From positions 232,328 to 296,327 of IMG/VR virus record IMGVR_UViG_3300017991_005548: a stretch of DNA of 64,000 nt, one strand, 5' to 3'. The translations under genes and the position numbers were made by a program. This document shows, piece by piece, positions 1 through 9,605 of the stretch. The stretch's first letter is position 1; every line of letters begins with the position of its first letter. Under the pieces are notes generated by a model, which made no database searches, was not told the DNA's origin, and saw only the letters and a program-made list of their open reading frames with translations.

Positions 1-544
1 GATTGGGCTGTGGAGGCTGTTCATACATTTGTTGTTGTTCAGGAGTAACTGGTATTTCTTCCATTGGGGCTTCTTGAAGAACTTGCTCTTCTTCGGGAGT
101 TAACTCACCCTCTAAATCATTCGGCTCCATCAAAGGATCTTCATTCTCAACATTAACTTGAGCAAATCTTGAAAGATTCTTGTAAGTAACATTGCTTTTA
201 AGAGTTCTCACCCAATCATCTCCATCAAACATCTGGAAACCAACATCAATATTGTTTTTGGAAAACCACCCTTTATTAACTTCAACAGCATATTGGCATG
301 GGCTTGAGGAAGTCGTCATTCTTGTACTCATTGGGGCCATGGATTCTATTTGCATAATCTTTCCACTATCATCAAGAAAAGCAATATCCAATGGAATATA
401 GGTGTTCTGCATCCAAAAACTTTGGGGATGCTTTCTAGGAAAGATGAATATCATTCCATCATTTTCCCCCAGTGTTTTACGATCCATTAAACCATAAGAT
501 CGTTTATGGGGAGTATCCGCTATTTCCAAACTCAAATAAGCCAT
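1..544 (-). CDS. DUF192-family protein with acidic C-terminal tail (runs off the window, missed by the ORF track)
   Basis: Manual translation from ATG at 544 (GAGGT upstream): MAYLSLEIADTPHKRSYGLMDRKTLGENDGMIFIFPRKHPQSFWMQNTYIPLDIAFLDDSG...QYAVEVNKGWF matches the DUF192 pattern EVADT..R..GLM / FWM.NT.IPLDIAF / YALEVN.GWF. Confidence 0.85.
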   Translation of the reverse strand, partial: MAYLSLEIADTPHKRSYGLMDRKTLGENDGMIFIFPRKHPQSFWMQNTYIPLDIAFLDDSGKIMQIESMAPMSTRMTTSSSPCQYAVEVNKGWFSKNNIDVGFQMFDGDDWVRTLKSNVTYKNLSRFAQVNVENEDPLMEPNDLEGELTPEEEQVLQEAPMEEIPVTPEQQQMYEQPPQPN

Positions 545-800
545 ATCTTACCTCTTCATCCCAAGGGATTCCGCTTTGATCCAAAGCATCGCAAAGCACT
601 TCGGAAATTTCTCTATCCTCACACTCAAATTGGAGAACCTTAGAACCTGCTTTGTTGGTCATTTCAACTCCACTAGGAATTTCTAAAGTTGCCAGACCAT
701 GAATTAGCATATTGTAATGTCTTCTTGACAATACAGCCCTAATAGCTACTGGTCCGTTTCCTGGTTCGTGTTTTTTATTCCTGATCAGCATCTTTGACAT
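504..800 (-). CDS. hypothetical protein (98 aa)
   Basis: ORF in a co-oriented run, overlapping both neighbours. Confidence 0.6.
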   Translation of the reverse strand: MSKMLIRNKKHEPGNGPVAIRAVLSRRHYNMLIHGLATLEIPSGVEMTNKAGSKVLQFECEDREISEVLCDALDQSGIPWDEEVRYGLFEFGNSGYSP

Positions 801-1245
801 TAAGATTGTTTGATGTGTTAGAGCAGAATTTTGGAATGCGATATCCTTCCTTCCCTCTCTTATCCATGCTTGCCATGATTTCTAAATAACTCTTATCCGA
901 TTTACCTTTCTCGAACTTATTACCTTCACCAAGGGCCATAACAGTAATAACCTGTCTCCCTCGTTCAGTTATTCTAACTTCAGAAGAATCACCAGAAACC
1001 AACCCATAGGTTTTCAGTCTCATGATATCTCGGTTACTAAGACCCATATCAGAAGAAATCACAAACTTATCATCATTGTTCTCTGCTTCGAGCCAAATTC
1101 TCATCAAAATCTCTGCGTCTTTATTACTAGCAGTGATTTTCTTTCTTTTCTCATCACTCTTAATGACTTCTTGTGCAAGAAACGAATAATCAACAAAACG
1201 ATTGTTTTCTTGTGGATCTTGCATTGGTCTAATAGGTATAGGCAT
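775..1245 (-). CDS. hypothetical protein, possible winged-helix region
   Basis: ORF directly after the 794-aa gene; LKTYGLV...VRITERGR resembles a wHTH wing. Confidence 0.6.
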   Translation of the reverse strand: MPIPIRPMQDPQENNRFVDYSFLAQEVIKSDEKRKKITASNKDAEILMRIWLEAENNDDKFVISSDMGLSNRDIMRLKTYGLVSGDSSEVRITERGRQVITVMALGEGNKFEKGKSDKSYLEIMASMDKRGKEGYRIPKFCSNTSNNLNVKDADQE

Positions 1246-1247
1246 AA

Positions 1248-3632
1248 TTACTCTCCAAAATCCAATATTTTATCTAATTCATACTTCTTAAAAAGTTCCT
1301 GGGCTTCCTCTTCATTGAGTGACTCTATCTTTGCCTTCGCAAACTGCAAGAAGTCAACAGAATACTTTTCCAAAAGAACGGGAGCGTATTTTCCAATAGC
1401 TTCCTCTAATTCACTATCAATATCAAGACCAAGCTTGATTGACAAATACAACGCTCTCAATATAATGAATGGGTTGAATGACAATACATCATCTGCATCC
1501 ATGACCGTTTCGATATAATTATCTCCATTAAAAGGAGTGATGAACGATCCAGTGTAAGGGTTATATCCTCTAGCATTAATAGTGAAATCCTTGTTGCAAA
1601 TATCATGCAATACATGGCTGGAAGAATCAAGATCCTGTTTTTTCATCCATCTCTCGATAGTTGGGATCTTTTGTCCTCCATTGAAACAAATCTTCACGCC
1701 TTTGTGATTAAAACAAAAACATCTAGTTGCTGGATCAATCTCAGAGACCTGTTCTCCCAATTCTTCAGCCAACAAACTTCCGAATTTATGGCAGTTTTGG
1801 GATGAATCACTTGTAAATTCAAGTTCCTCAACTTCTGGAGATCTGTTCCCAAAAGATTTCTCTCTTGCATAAGAACCGATAGCATAAACATCTTTGATAT
1901 CGTATTCATGAGCCACACTCTTTGCGGCATCCATAATGCAACTAATAGCATCTTCAAGCGTTGGTCTGCAACCAACAACCTTTGACATAATCTCTCTTAG
2001 TTGTTCATCATTGTTCTGAATAGCATCTTCGACTTTTTCAATTTCTTCACTACCAACTCCCCTATGAATCCAGCAGGAGTATATCTCTTCTCCATCGGAC
2101 TCTCCCAAAGAAAACATATCGACTCCAATAGGACTGCGCCCCATTGACTTTTCAATAACTGACAACATATCTTCACTACAAACAATCCTAGTTGCCTTCA
2201 TATCGCCCCTAAGAATGATTGATCGTATTTTTCTCAACATATCAACAATATGTCCAAGCCCACCCGAAGCAAAACGTTTTGCAGGATGAGTGTTGCTTAA
2301 GTCTCTTGTTGAATCAAACCAACTCTCTGGTTTGAACCTTGGCTCGATCCATCTGTAATAAAACCCCTTGATGTCATATGTTGGGTTATATCTAGGTTGT
2401 GACTTTATCCAGTCCTCTTCTTCTGAAAAACATTCATCTCTGTCATCCCAGGCCATGACTCTGTCACCTAACCCAGGAATAGTTGATCCATCAGAAATTT
2501 CGAGATTATTGTACCACCCAAAAACTGTCGCCATCTTTGTCATCTTTGATGCTTGCTTTAAAGGCATCATCAATGGTTGTGGTCTAGTATCTTCCAGAAG
2601 ATCTTCAGTGATTCTATATCCAGTATCGTCTTTGAGCCTGTCTTTGTCAAGCAATTCTTCAAAAATGAGATCAGGATCTAATTCCCAATCACCTTCAGTA
2701 AATTTCCTCAACTGAACTTCATAGATGTCATGTTCTGGAGATAGGTCTGGAGGGAGTGGAGCCTGATACTGTCTGCCAAGCATTTCTTCGATTGCTCGAT
2801 TTTGATATTGATGGGCGATCATACCCCAATCTGGTTGGGCCTGGAAATTTGCTCCATGATCACCATATCTTCCTGACAAATCAGATCCTGAGGGAGGATA
2901 GAATGGAAAGTGGCTTTGAGCTTCTTTATACCAATTATTTGAGGCTCCTTGCCTTAAACTTAGTTCACCCTCTATGCTGTATTTCTGCTGAATCTCTCTC
3001 ATGGCAGATTCAAGTAATGCTGTCTCAACTTGAGTTGGACCTGCTTCGTCTTCTGCCCCTTTAGCATGAGTGGCTTCGTGAGCCATTGTAGCGGCCATGT
3101 GAGCTATCATAAGATCTTGTCTTAGCTCTGCATGCATTTCTGGTGGAACGATGTCCTGAAGGTTCCTAAAGGATTGCTCCATCTCATTACGAGTGTCTGC
3201 TACATTCAGTCCTAGAACTGATCCTCCTTTACTTTCTAGATCAGCATATACTTGCTGGATTTCATTACGGATAGTTTCTTGGTCTTTCTCTTCTTTAGTG
3301 TCATACGCTCGAAGCATTCCATCTTCTTCGACAATTTCATAACCTCTTGATTCAAGTCTTTTTTGAAGTTCTTGGGTTTTGACTGCCCTATCTAGTGACG
3401 GAACATAAACTCCATAAACACCAGCTTTCGCGAAGTTGAACATATAAACAATATTCTGCAAAAGATTTGAGTCGAATCGATTGACTAAGTCAACTGATTT
3501 CTGGGCATCGCCAAATTGGGAAGAGATGTTGGAGATGTTAACACTTGGGCTTCCGATCAAACTACCTTTATACTCTGGAGCATCACCAGAGTAATACCCT
3601 CCGTAGTCTTGAGATACTTTTATGATTTTCAT
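1248..3632 (-). CDS. multidomain protein: HExxH metallopeptidase-like N-terminus plus degenerate CCA-adding/poly(A) polymerase-like C-terminus
   Basis: AHEATH motif; C-terminal VYAIGSYARE...ELEF, DFTINA and NPFIILRA match class II nucleotidyltransferase motifs VGG.VRD/DxD, RRDFTINA and DPLRILRA. Confidence 0.75.
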   Translation of the reverse strand: MKIIKVSQDYGGYYSGDAPEYKGSLIGSPSVNISNISSQFGDAQKSVDLVNRFDSNLLQNIVYMFNFAKAGVYGVYVPSLDRAVKTQELQKRLESRGYEIVEEDGMLRAYDTKEEKDQETIRNEIQQVYADLESKGGSVLGLNVADTRNEMEQSFRNLQDIVPPEMHAELRQDLMIAHMAATMAHEATHAKGAEDEAGPTQVETALLESAMREIQQKYSIEGELSLRQGASNNWYKEAQSHFPFYPPSGSDLSGRYGDHGANFQAQPDWGMIAHQYQNRAIEEMLGRQYQAPLPPDLSPEHDIYEVQLRKFTEGDWELDPDLIFEELLDKDRLKDDTGYRITEDLLEDTRPQPLMMPLKQASKMTKMATVFGWYNNLEISDGSTIPGLGDRVMAWDDRDECFSEEEDWIKSQPRYNPTYDIKGFYYRWIEPRFKPESWFDSTRDLSNTHPAKRFASGGLGHIVDMLRKIRSIILRGDMKATRIVCSEDMLSVIEKSMGRSPIGVDMFSLGESDGEEIYSCWIHRGVGSEEIEKVEDAIQNNDEQLREIMSKVVGCRPTLEDAISCIMDAAKSVAHEYDIKDVYAIGSYAREKSFGNRSPEVEELEFTSDSSQNCHKFGSLLAEELGEQVSEIDPATRCFCFNHKGVKICFNGGQKIPTIERWMKKQDLDSSSHVLHDICNKDFTINARGYNPYTGSFITPFNGDNYIETVMDADDVLSFNPFIILRALYLSIKLGLDIDSELEEAIGKYAPVLLEKYSVDFLQFAKAKIESLNEEEAQELFKKYELDKILDFGE

Positions 3633-3703
3633 ATTTTAACTCAGGAAAATTGTACAATTGCATTTTTATTCTCACTTTTCCGTTGAATGTCCTATTTGGG
3701 CAC

Positions 3704-3731
3704 AAAAAAACGGGACTATTTCTAGTCCCGT
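3704..3731 (-). terminator. Rho-independent terminator
   Basis: Minus strand ACGGGACTA-GAAA-TAGTCCCGT followed by a T-run, downstream of the 115-aa ORF. Confidence 0.85.
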
Positions 3732-3761
3732 ATATTATACATTTTATTGTGGGCCGAAAAC

Positions 3762-4109
3762 TTAGATGCCAAAACCTCCTGCATCATAAGGATCAACGGC
3801 CATTGGGGAGTCGTCCAGAGGATTGTAGCCGTCCTCTTCCTCTTCTTCGTCATTTTCAAGTGGATTGAAAGTGACAGAGGCTTGGCGATGCACCATCTCC
3901 CCCTTCTTTGTTAATTCTGGTTCCCCAGAAGATCCGCCAATTTGTTCAGCGATGTACTTCACAATTTTGGCATTGATGTTTTCACCGTTTTCATCAATCG
4001 CAGTACATGAGACTTGCTCCCCATGGTCCAAGATTGTAACGGTGTACTTTCCTGTCAATTTGTCGATTTTTACTTCGACATCGAGATGAGTTCCAAAAAG
4101 GTCAGCCAT
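3762..4109 (-). CDS. DUF2997-like small protein
   Basis: VEVKIDKLTGKYTVTI..HGEQVSC...IAEQIG...PELT resembles DUF2997; GGAG SD; adjacent to a DUF1257-like gene. Confidence 0.5.
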   Translation of the reverse strand: MADLFGTHLDVEVKIDKLTGKYTVTILDHGEQVSCTAIDENGENINAKIVKYIAEQIGGSSGEPELTKKGEMVHRQASVTFNPLENDEEEEEDGYNPLDDSPMAVDPYDAGGFGI

Positions 4110-4119
4110 TGTTATACTC

Positions 4120-4563
4120 CTAAACCATTCCGTTCAAAATGTCGTCACCATCGATCTTGAACTTGAAGATGAAGTTATCATCATCTTCTTCCTCGGTGAA
4201 GCCCAGTACGTCCAAACGATTGACCATCGTCTTGGCTTTGTACCTTCCGATTTCACCTGGGAGTTCATCTTCGAACTTCTTCTGGCGCTTTCCAGCGACA
4301 GAGCTATGACCACCCAAAGCAACAATCCATTTATTGCCTTCCCGTCTCATACCGAATTCCTCGTAGCAAACTCCTTTTGCTCCGACTGGAACGCGAATGT
4401 GATAGGTTGACTTGGCTTGTTGATAGCCACTTCTCAAAGAAATGTTTCCAGATTCAGAAGTGTCGATTTGACCTTTCCATTCTGGGACCATGTTTTCGAG
4501 AACTCTGGCCATTGTTTGGACATCGCAATTTGCTTGCACTTCACCATAAACATAGTGACTCAT
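4120..4563 (-). CDS. DUF1257/Ycf35-like protein (start revised to MSHYV)
   Basis: GGAGAAGAGCA-ATG at 4563; MSHY...VLENM...EFGMRREGNKWIV...RY pattern resembles DUF1257. Confidence 0.5.
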   Translation of the reverse strand: MSHYVYGEVQANCDVQTMARVLENMVPEWKGQIDTSESGNISLRSGYQQAKSTYHIRVPVGAKGVCYEEFGMRREGNKWIVALGGHSSVAGKRQKKFEDELPGEIGRYKAKTMVNRLDVLGFTEEEDDDNFIFKFKIDGDDILNGMV

Positions 4564-4589
4564 TGCTCTTCTCCTTGGTTGTTTTTGTT

Positions 4590-5651
4590 TTATCTTGCTA
4601 CTTGAATACCATTCTTTTCGCAAAATTCGATGGCGTATATTGAGAATACTCCAGCACTCAATCCGTAGTTGTCGTTGTCTCCAACAATTGCAGTTATTAC
4701 TCCGATAACCTTACCATCATGACGATTGATAATTGGACCGCCACTGTTTCCTGGTAATATTGCGAGATCTAAAAACATGTATAGAGGTGCTCCATTATGA
4801 GAATAGATCTCCCTGTCAAGAGAGCTAACATAACCGAAAGTTGTGTTGTTTTCGAATCCATGAGGACTTCCAACTGCAAAAATTTCATCTCCGACATTAA
4901 CGATTTGATCGAATTCAAAAGGTTTTGCATTGATATCGGCCTTCAGTAAAGCTAGGTCTTTAGCTCCATCAAAGGCTATAACCTCTGCGTTAACCATCTG
5001 ATCTCCATCTTTGATCAGTACCCTTATCATATCCTCATATTCAGAGAAGTCAAGCGAGCTTTCAGTATTTTTGTTGTAATTTTTTACGACATGGGCGCAA
5101 GTAAGGAAATAATTAGGGGCTACGCAGAAAGCAGAACCCGTTTCCTCAGTATTCGTGCTGAAGTTCTGTGACTTTACAACAAACGTCTTTTCAAGAGCCT
5201 CATCAACTTGATTTGGTTCTGGTTCAGCTTGCGCTACTCTAGAGATCCATTTGACAAGAACTCCCCTCTCTTCCATCTTTCTTCGATATTGTTGAGCCGA
5301 TTCCAAAGATGGGAAAGTTTTATAGCCACCTCTAACCTTTAACTTCCAAACCTCTTTATCACCAGAATTATTAGTAAGGTTTCTGAAGATGTCTAAATCT
5401 CTTTCTCTTCTTTTGTAATCGTCACCCTCATCTTTGTAAGATCCAGGTTGAGATTCTTCGTTCCTTGACCAATCTCCCCAATCACCTTGTTGACCTGGGA
5501 GTTTATATTGTTTGCCAGTCAATACATCCCATATGGTATGCACATTATTGAAGGGCATAACGGATTTTGGAGTAGTGGGACTTAAGCCAGAGCCTGGATA
5601 TAGAATCTCAGGCATTGTTGTGCGATAAGCTTTTTTCTTTTGTTTGCCCAT
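4590..5651 (-). CDS. trypsin-like (S1/HtrA-like, no PDZ) serine protease with N-terminal extension
   Basis: Catalytic triad motifs LTCAHVV, DLALLK and PGNSGGP. Confidence 0.92.
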   Translation of the reverse strand: MGKQKKKAYRTTMPEILYPGSGLSPTTPKSVMPFNNVHTIWDVLTGKQYKLPGQQGDWGDWSRNEESQPGSYKDEGDDYKRRERDLDIFRNLTNNSGDKEVWKLKVRGGYKTFPSLESAQQYRRKMEERGVLVKWISRVAQAEPEPNQVDEALEKTFVVKSQNFSTNTEETGSAFCVAPNYFLTCAHVVKNYNKNTESSLDFSEYEDMIRVLIKDGDQMVNAEVIAFDGAKDLALLKADINAKPFEFDQIVNVGDEIFAVGSPHGFENNTTFGYVSSLDREIYSHNGAPLYMFLDLAILPGNSGGPIINRHDGKVIGVITAIVGDNDNYGLSAGVFSIYAIEFCEKNGIQVAR

Positions 5652-5667
5652 TTTTGATACCTAAATT

Positions 5668-5702
5668 AAGTGTACTCTAACTTATTCAAAAAAAGTACAC
5701 TT
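5668..5702. promoter_or_regulatory. inverted repeat enclosing a GAATAA motif upstream of the protease
   Basis: AAGTGTACT-N17-AGTACACTT; minus-strand loop contains TTTGAATAAG. Confidence 0.55.
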
Positions 5703-5709
5703 TGAACCT

Positions 5710-6540
5710 TTAGACTTCAATAAAGGCATCTCCAAGTTGATCTTCTTCATCAACTTCATCTGGAATGAAGGCATTTTCCACATCTTCATCTACAGGTTCT
5801 TCTTCATCGATAAAAGCATCTTCTACATCATCTCCGAAGATTTCATCAACATCTAGGAAATTTGCATCTGGTCTATCACCGAAAGCATTGTTTTTCATTT
5901 CAACCTGGGTTGCCTTGCCATTGCCAGCGCCAATAACAGCGGTTGTTCCCATTCTTTCAGATGGATCTAACAAAGATTCATCGATGGGTGTTTCTTCCTC
6001 AACCTCTTCCCCTGCCTCTTCTGCATCAAGCTTTGCGGCGGCTTTCATGGATGCCTCACAACGAGGCTCATTTTCATCAATTTCCCCATTCATCTTGTGA
6101 ACCATCTCTTGAGTCTTAGGCCCTACATCAGTCATTACAACCACTTTCTCTTTTGGTTTTTCTTCCTTTTCAGCCTTCTTTTCAGTTTTCTTGCTTTTGC
6201 TCTTGCCTCTTCTTGACTTAGGCTTCCTTTTGGGCTTCTCTTCTTCAGCCTTTTCTTCAGGCTTTTCTTCAGGCTTTTCTTGGGGAGGTTCAGTGGTCAG
6301 AATCTCTTCTACCTTTTCTGCTTCTTTAGGTTTTTCTTCGATCACTTCCATACGAATCAAACCATAGTTGGCAACTTGTCTGAGTTCACTTGCTTGCGCT
6401 TCGTTTTCAACTTCGATATTTAAAGCGTAACTACATCCATCACATTTTTTAGGATTGGGGTCATATTTACCCCTAAGCATCATGCCAATAGTGTTGAAGG
6501 AAATTGTAGCTTCTGTCAAACCATATACGTTAACTTTCAT
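5710..6540 (-). CDS. hypothetical K/E-rich then acidic protein
   Basis: 276-aa ORF with GGGAG SD and TGTATAAT upstream; low-complexity charged segments. Confidence 0.75.
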   Translation of the reverse strand: MKVNVYGLTEATISFNTIGMMLRGKYDPNPKKCDGCSYALNIEVENEAQASELRQVANYGLIRMEVIEEKPKEAEKVEEILTTEPPQEKPEEKPEEKAEEEKPKRKPKSRRGKSKSKKTEKKAEKEEKPKEKVVVMTDVGPKTQEMVHKMNGEIDENEPRCEASMKAAAKLDAEEAGEEVEEETPIDESLLDPSERMGTTAVIGAGNGKATQVEMKNNAFGDRPDANFLDVDEIFGDDVEDAFIDEEEPVDEDVENAFIPDEVDEEDQLGDAFIEV

Positions 6541-6777
6541 AATAAAACTCCCAATTTAGTCTTGGTGTTGTTTATTATACAAATTAACCGAGCAGATCTA
6601 ACCCTATGTTTTTGTCTTGCATAAAGGTGTTGATGTGTTTAAGGAAAAGAGCTTTCTCTTGTGGAGTAAAAAATGCAGATGCAAGTAAACTACTCAACTC
6701 ATCACTTGTCGCAGGGATATCATCCTCGTCAAACGATCTTTTGAATGAAACAAATGCTCGACTTACTTTCTGGTCAT

Positions 6778-7719
6778 CTACTTTTTTTTTGTAGCTTCAA
6801 CGATTTGACGGTTTTTGAAATAATTGGATGCAAAGAGTCTATCTTCCTCATCCATTAGATCTTCTTCGTCTAAGTCAGTTACTTCAAAATCCTCACCCAC
6901 TTCGTCAAGACCGATTTGGTAAGTTACAATGCCCTGACTAAGTTTTGAATCATCAAATGAAGCTAATGAAAATGGAATTTCGCCATGATGTTTGGACATG
7001 AAGTATTCCAAATCGTCAGCGATATCTTCCAAAGTCAAACTACTTGTATCGTTTGTACCAGTTATTTCAAGTTTACCAACAGCGGTAGGGGTTCCACCTA
7101 TGTCAATCTCTTCGTAGTAGACTTCTTTAACAGCTTCTAGAACATCATCGTCGTCTCCGAGGTCTTCTATTGGAAAATCAGGATCGATTTCATTAATTTC
7201 AAAGTCCTGTCCATAAGGATCATCTAGGATATCATCCATATTGTCTTCAAGACTACGATCACGTTCCACATAATCCCAATCAATATCCATTGACTGAGCT
7301 TTCTTCTCGAAAGCTATTTTAAGGCCATCTTCGCTTTTGATTTCCCACCATCTTTGTCGCTTGGGAGTTTCTGAGGCTGTCTCATACTCCTCTCCTTCGA
7401 TATTGTAATCGGCCAATCGTTTCTCTTCAAGCTTATTCATATCACCTTCATAAGCTTGAGCATTTCTGTGTTTAGAACCAAATTCATCTTTGGCTTCATC
7501 TAGGTTTTTCTCAATAACAACTTCTGCACTACCAGTTCTGTTGTTTTCAAGAAGCTTTTCCATAACTGAATCTTTGTCACCTACGTGATGAGGATCTAAC
7601 TGCTTATCTGTAATTTCCTCTGGAATGTCGCCATGGGATTCTGACAACATGCGATCAGTATGGGCATCTTCATCTAATTTTTCATAGACTACAAATTTAT
7701 ATTCAGACATTTTATGCAC
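6778..7719 (-). CDS. acidic protein, possible head scaffold/core protein
   Basis: 313-aa D/E-rich ORF next to the terminase, AGGAG SD; function inferred from context only. Confidence 0.55.
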   Translation of the reverse strand: MHKMSEYKFVVYEKLDEDAHTDRMLSESHGDIPEEITDKQLDPHHVGDKDSVMEKLLENNRTGSAEVVIEKNLDEAKDEFGSKHRNAQAYEGDMNKLEEKRLADYNIEGEEYETASETPKRQRWWEIKSEDGLKIAFEKKAQSMDIDWDYVERDRSLEDNMDDILDDPYGQDFEINEIDPDFPIEDLGDDDDVLEAVKEVYYEEIDIGGTPTAVGKLEITGTNDTSSLTLEDIADDLEYFMSKHHGEIPFSLASFDDSKLSQGIVTYQIGLDEVGEDFEVTDLDEEDLMDEEDRLFASNYFKNRQIVEATKKK

Positions 7720-7769
7720 TCTCCTGAAGAATATTTCTTATTTGTTCTTCTTCTATTATAAAAAATCCT

Positions 7770-9605
7770 CTAAAATCTCATCCTAACAGTTACAGGTTCT
7801 GGAAGAGCAGGGTTCAGTCCATCAGTAGCAGAAGAAACAGCCCCTACTAAGCAATCAACTACATCATCTGTCTTCACATCTGCATTTTTATCTGGCAGAA
7901 GAGAAATTCCTCTTGCAATTCTTTTGAATTTTAAGTGTTGCATCTCTGCTAACATATATGAAGCATGTCCATCATCATCATAAAGATAAATTTCAGGATT
8001 TGGTTGATACTCCATCATCATCTTCATATTTCTATATAATTTCTGTTTAACACTTCTGTTATATTGAATCTTTTGACAATTTACTCCATGACTCCTCAAA
8101 AACTGCAAACTGTGTACAGACTGAAAGTCATCATAAGTAACTCTCAATGGTCTAAAGATTTTGCAAATAGTTAGAACATCTCTATCAATCTCATGGAATT
8201 GTAATCCAATACCTGGAACTGGTTTCCAGATCCATACGCCAGCTAATTCAACCATCCATCTCTTTTCCCCCTGATTGTTTCTATATTTCTTAGCGGCAAT
8301 CAAAACCATACTGAAGTTATTTCCGCCATTGGCTGGATCAACATGAGCATAATAATTGTATCCTGGTGCTGGTTTGGCATGAGGGCCAAGATCTGCCCTT
8401 ACACATCTTTCAAGCAATCCTTCCTCAAAATAGTTACCATAAATACCGCCACTAGCCCATTGAGCGCCATACTCAATAGCAAACATTTCTGGGTTACTCT
8501 CTCTATCACCAACCATCTCTTTGTTATAAAAATCAATATCATCATTTACACACCAAGTTGGCAACTGAAACGATAAGATAGAATCATCTTCTAATGATCT
8601 TCGATACATATCATAGAAAATACCCATCCTATTGTTCGGTGATGATATCATCACTATTCGAGCCGCATTATATTTGTAGAATTTAGATAATGATGGCTTT
8701 AATCTGTTGAAGAAATAGGTCCCTGTTACCTTACCACTCTCATCATAGAATGCAATCTCGTCAAACAGAATAAGAATAGCACTATATCCAGCAAGTGAGT
8801 CTGGATTACTATGACCACAAAGAAGTAGAATAGATCCCGCAACTTCAATGTCAACTCCCTGACTTTTCTTTTCTAAGTCAGAGTCAGTATACAAACGAAT
8901 CTCCGAAGAAATTGATTTAGCGATTCGTCCTTTGAAAAAAGGAGAGTTTCTAATTCTAGCCTGAATCTGTCCAAACAAACGTCCAGCCTGAGATTGTGAC
9001 AAGGCAACATTAATAATTGCAATTTCATCATCACTAGGTAGATTATAGTAGCTATGGGGATTACCCTCATTAATAACTAGTAACTTGTACGCTTCATACA
9101 CAGTTATGATTGAAGCCATCAAGGTTTTACTTCCACGTCTACCTAAGACAAGATGCAACATACTAAAATATTCAGGTCGTCTGTCTTCTGGCTTCTTCCC
9201 CTCATTTTCATCATTCCCCTTGGCCTTCTCATCGTGGAACCTGTCCATCTCGATCATTTTTTTGATAACCTCTTTGATGTTCCTTTCATAAGTAACACCT
9301 TCAAGAGTCTCATCTTCTTCATTACCGTAAAGCCACTCCCACTCTTCTTTATTGAGATGAAGGTCTTCATTTCCTATAGTGTTCTTGTAGAAGCACTTAA
9401 GGATAACTCTTTGGGAAGTCCAGAGATCAAGCTGATTCTCTTCTGATGGTAAGTTTAGGTAGTCTGGATGATCACAAAACGTTATGATATCGACTATCTC
9501 TTTGTAACCCTTGTTCTTTTTCAGAATCGGGTTTTTGGTATTAATCTGAAGTATTGCTTCTTCAAGTGGATTAATAGCTTTCTGCTTCTTCTGGCGACTC
9601 GACAT
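7770..9605 (-). CDS. terL: terminase large subunit (start revised to MSSRQ)
   Basis: Walker A-like LVLGRRGSKT, Walker B ILFDEIAFY, coupling motif ISSP, RNase H-like nuclease HVDPA...DDVVDC; GGAGG SD before ATG 9605. Confidence 0.88.
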   Translation of the reverse strand: MSSRQKKQKAINPLEEAILQINTKNPILKKNKGYKEIVDIITFCDHPDYLNLPSEENQLDLWTSQRVILKCFYKNTIGNEDLHLNKEEWEWLYGNEEDETLEGVTYERNIKEVIKKMIEMDRFHDEKAKGNDENEGKKPEDRRPEYFSMLHLVLGRRGSKTLMASIITVYEAYKLLVINEGNPHSYYNLPSDDEIAIINVALSQSQAGRLFGQIQARIRNSPFFKGRIAKSISSEIRLYTDSDLEKKSQGVDIEVAGSILLLCGHSNPDSLAGYSAILILFDEIAFYDESGKVTGTYFFNRLKPSLSKFYKYNAARIVMISSPNNRMGIFYDMYRRSLEDDSILSFQLPTWCVNDDIDFYNKEMVGDRESNPEMFAIEYGAQWASGGIYGNYFEEGLLERCVRADLGPHAKPAPGYNYYAHVDPANGGNNFSMVLIAAKKYRNNQGEKRWMVELAGVWIWKPVPGIGLQFHEIDRDVLTICKIFRPLRVTYDDFQSVHSLQFLRSHGVNCQKIQYNRSVKQKLYRNMKMMMEYQPNPEIYLYDDDGHASYMLAEMQHLKFKRIARGISLLPDKNADVKTDDVVDCLVGAVSSATDGLNPALPEPVTVRMRF

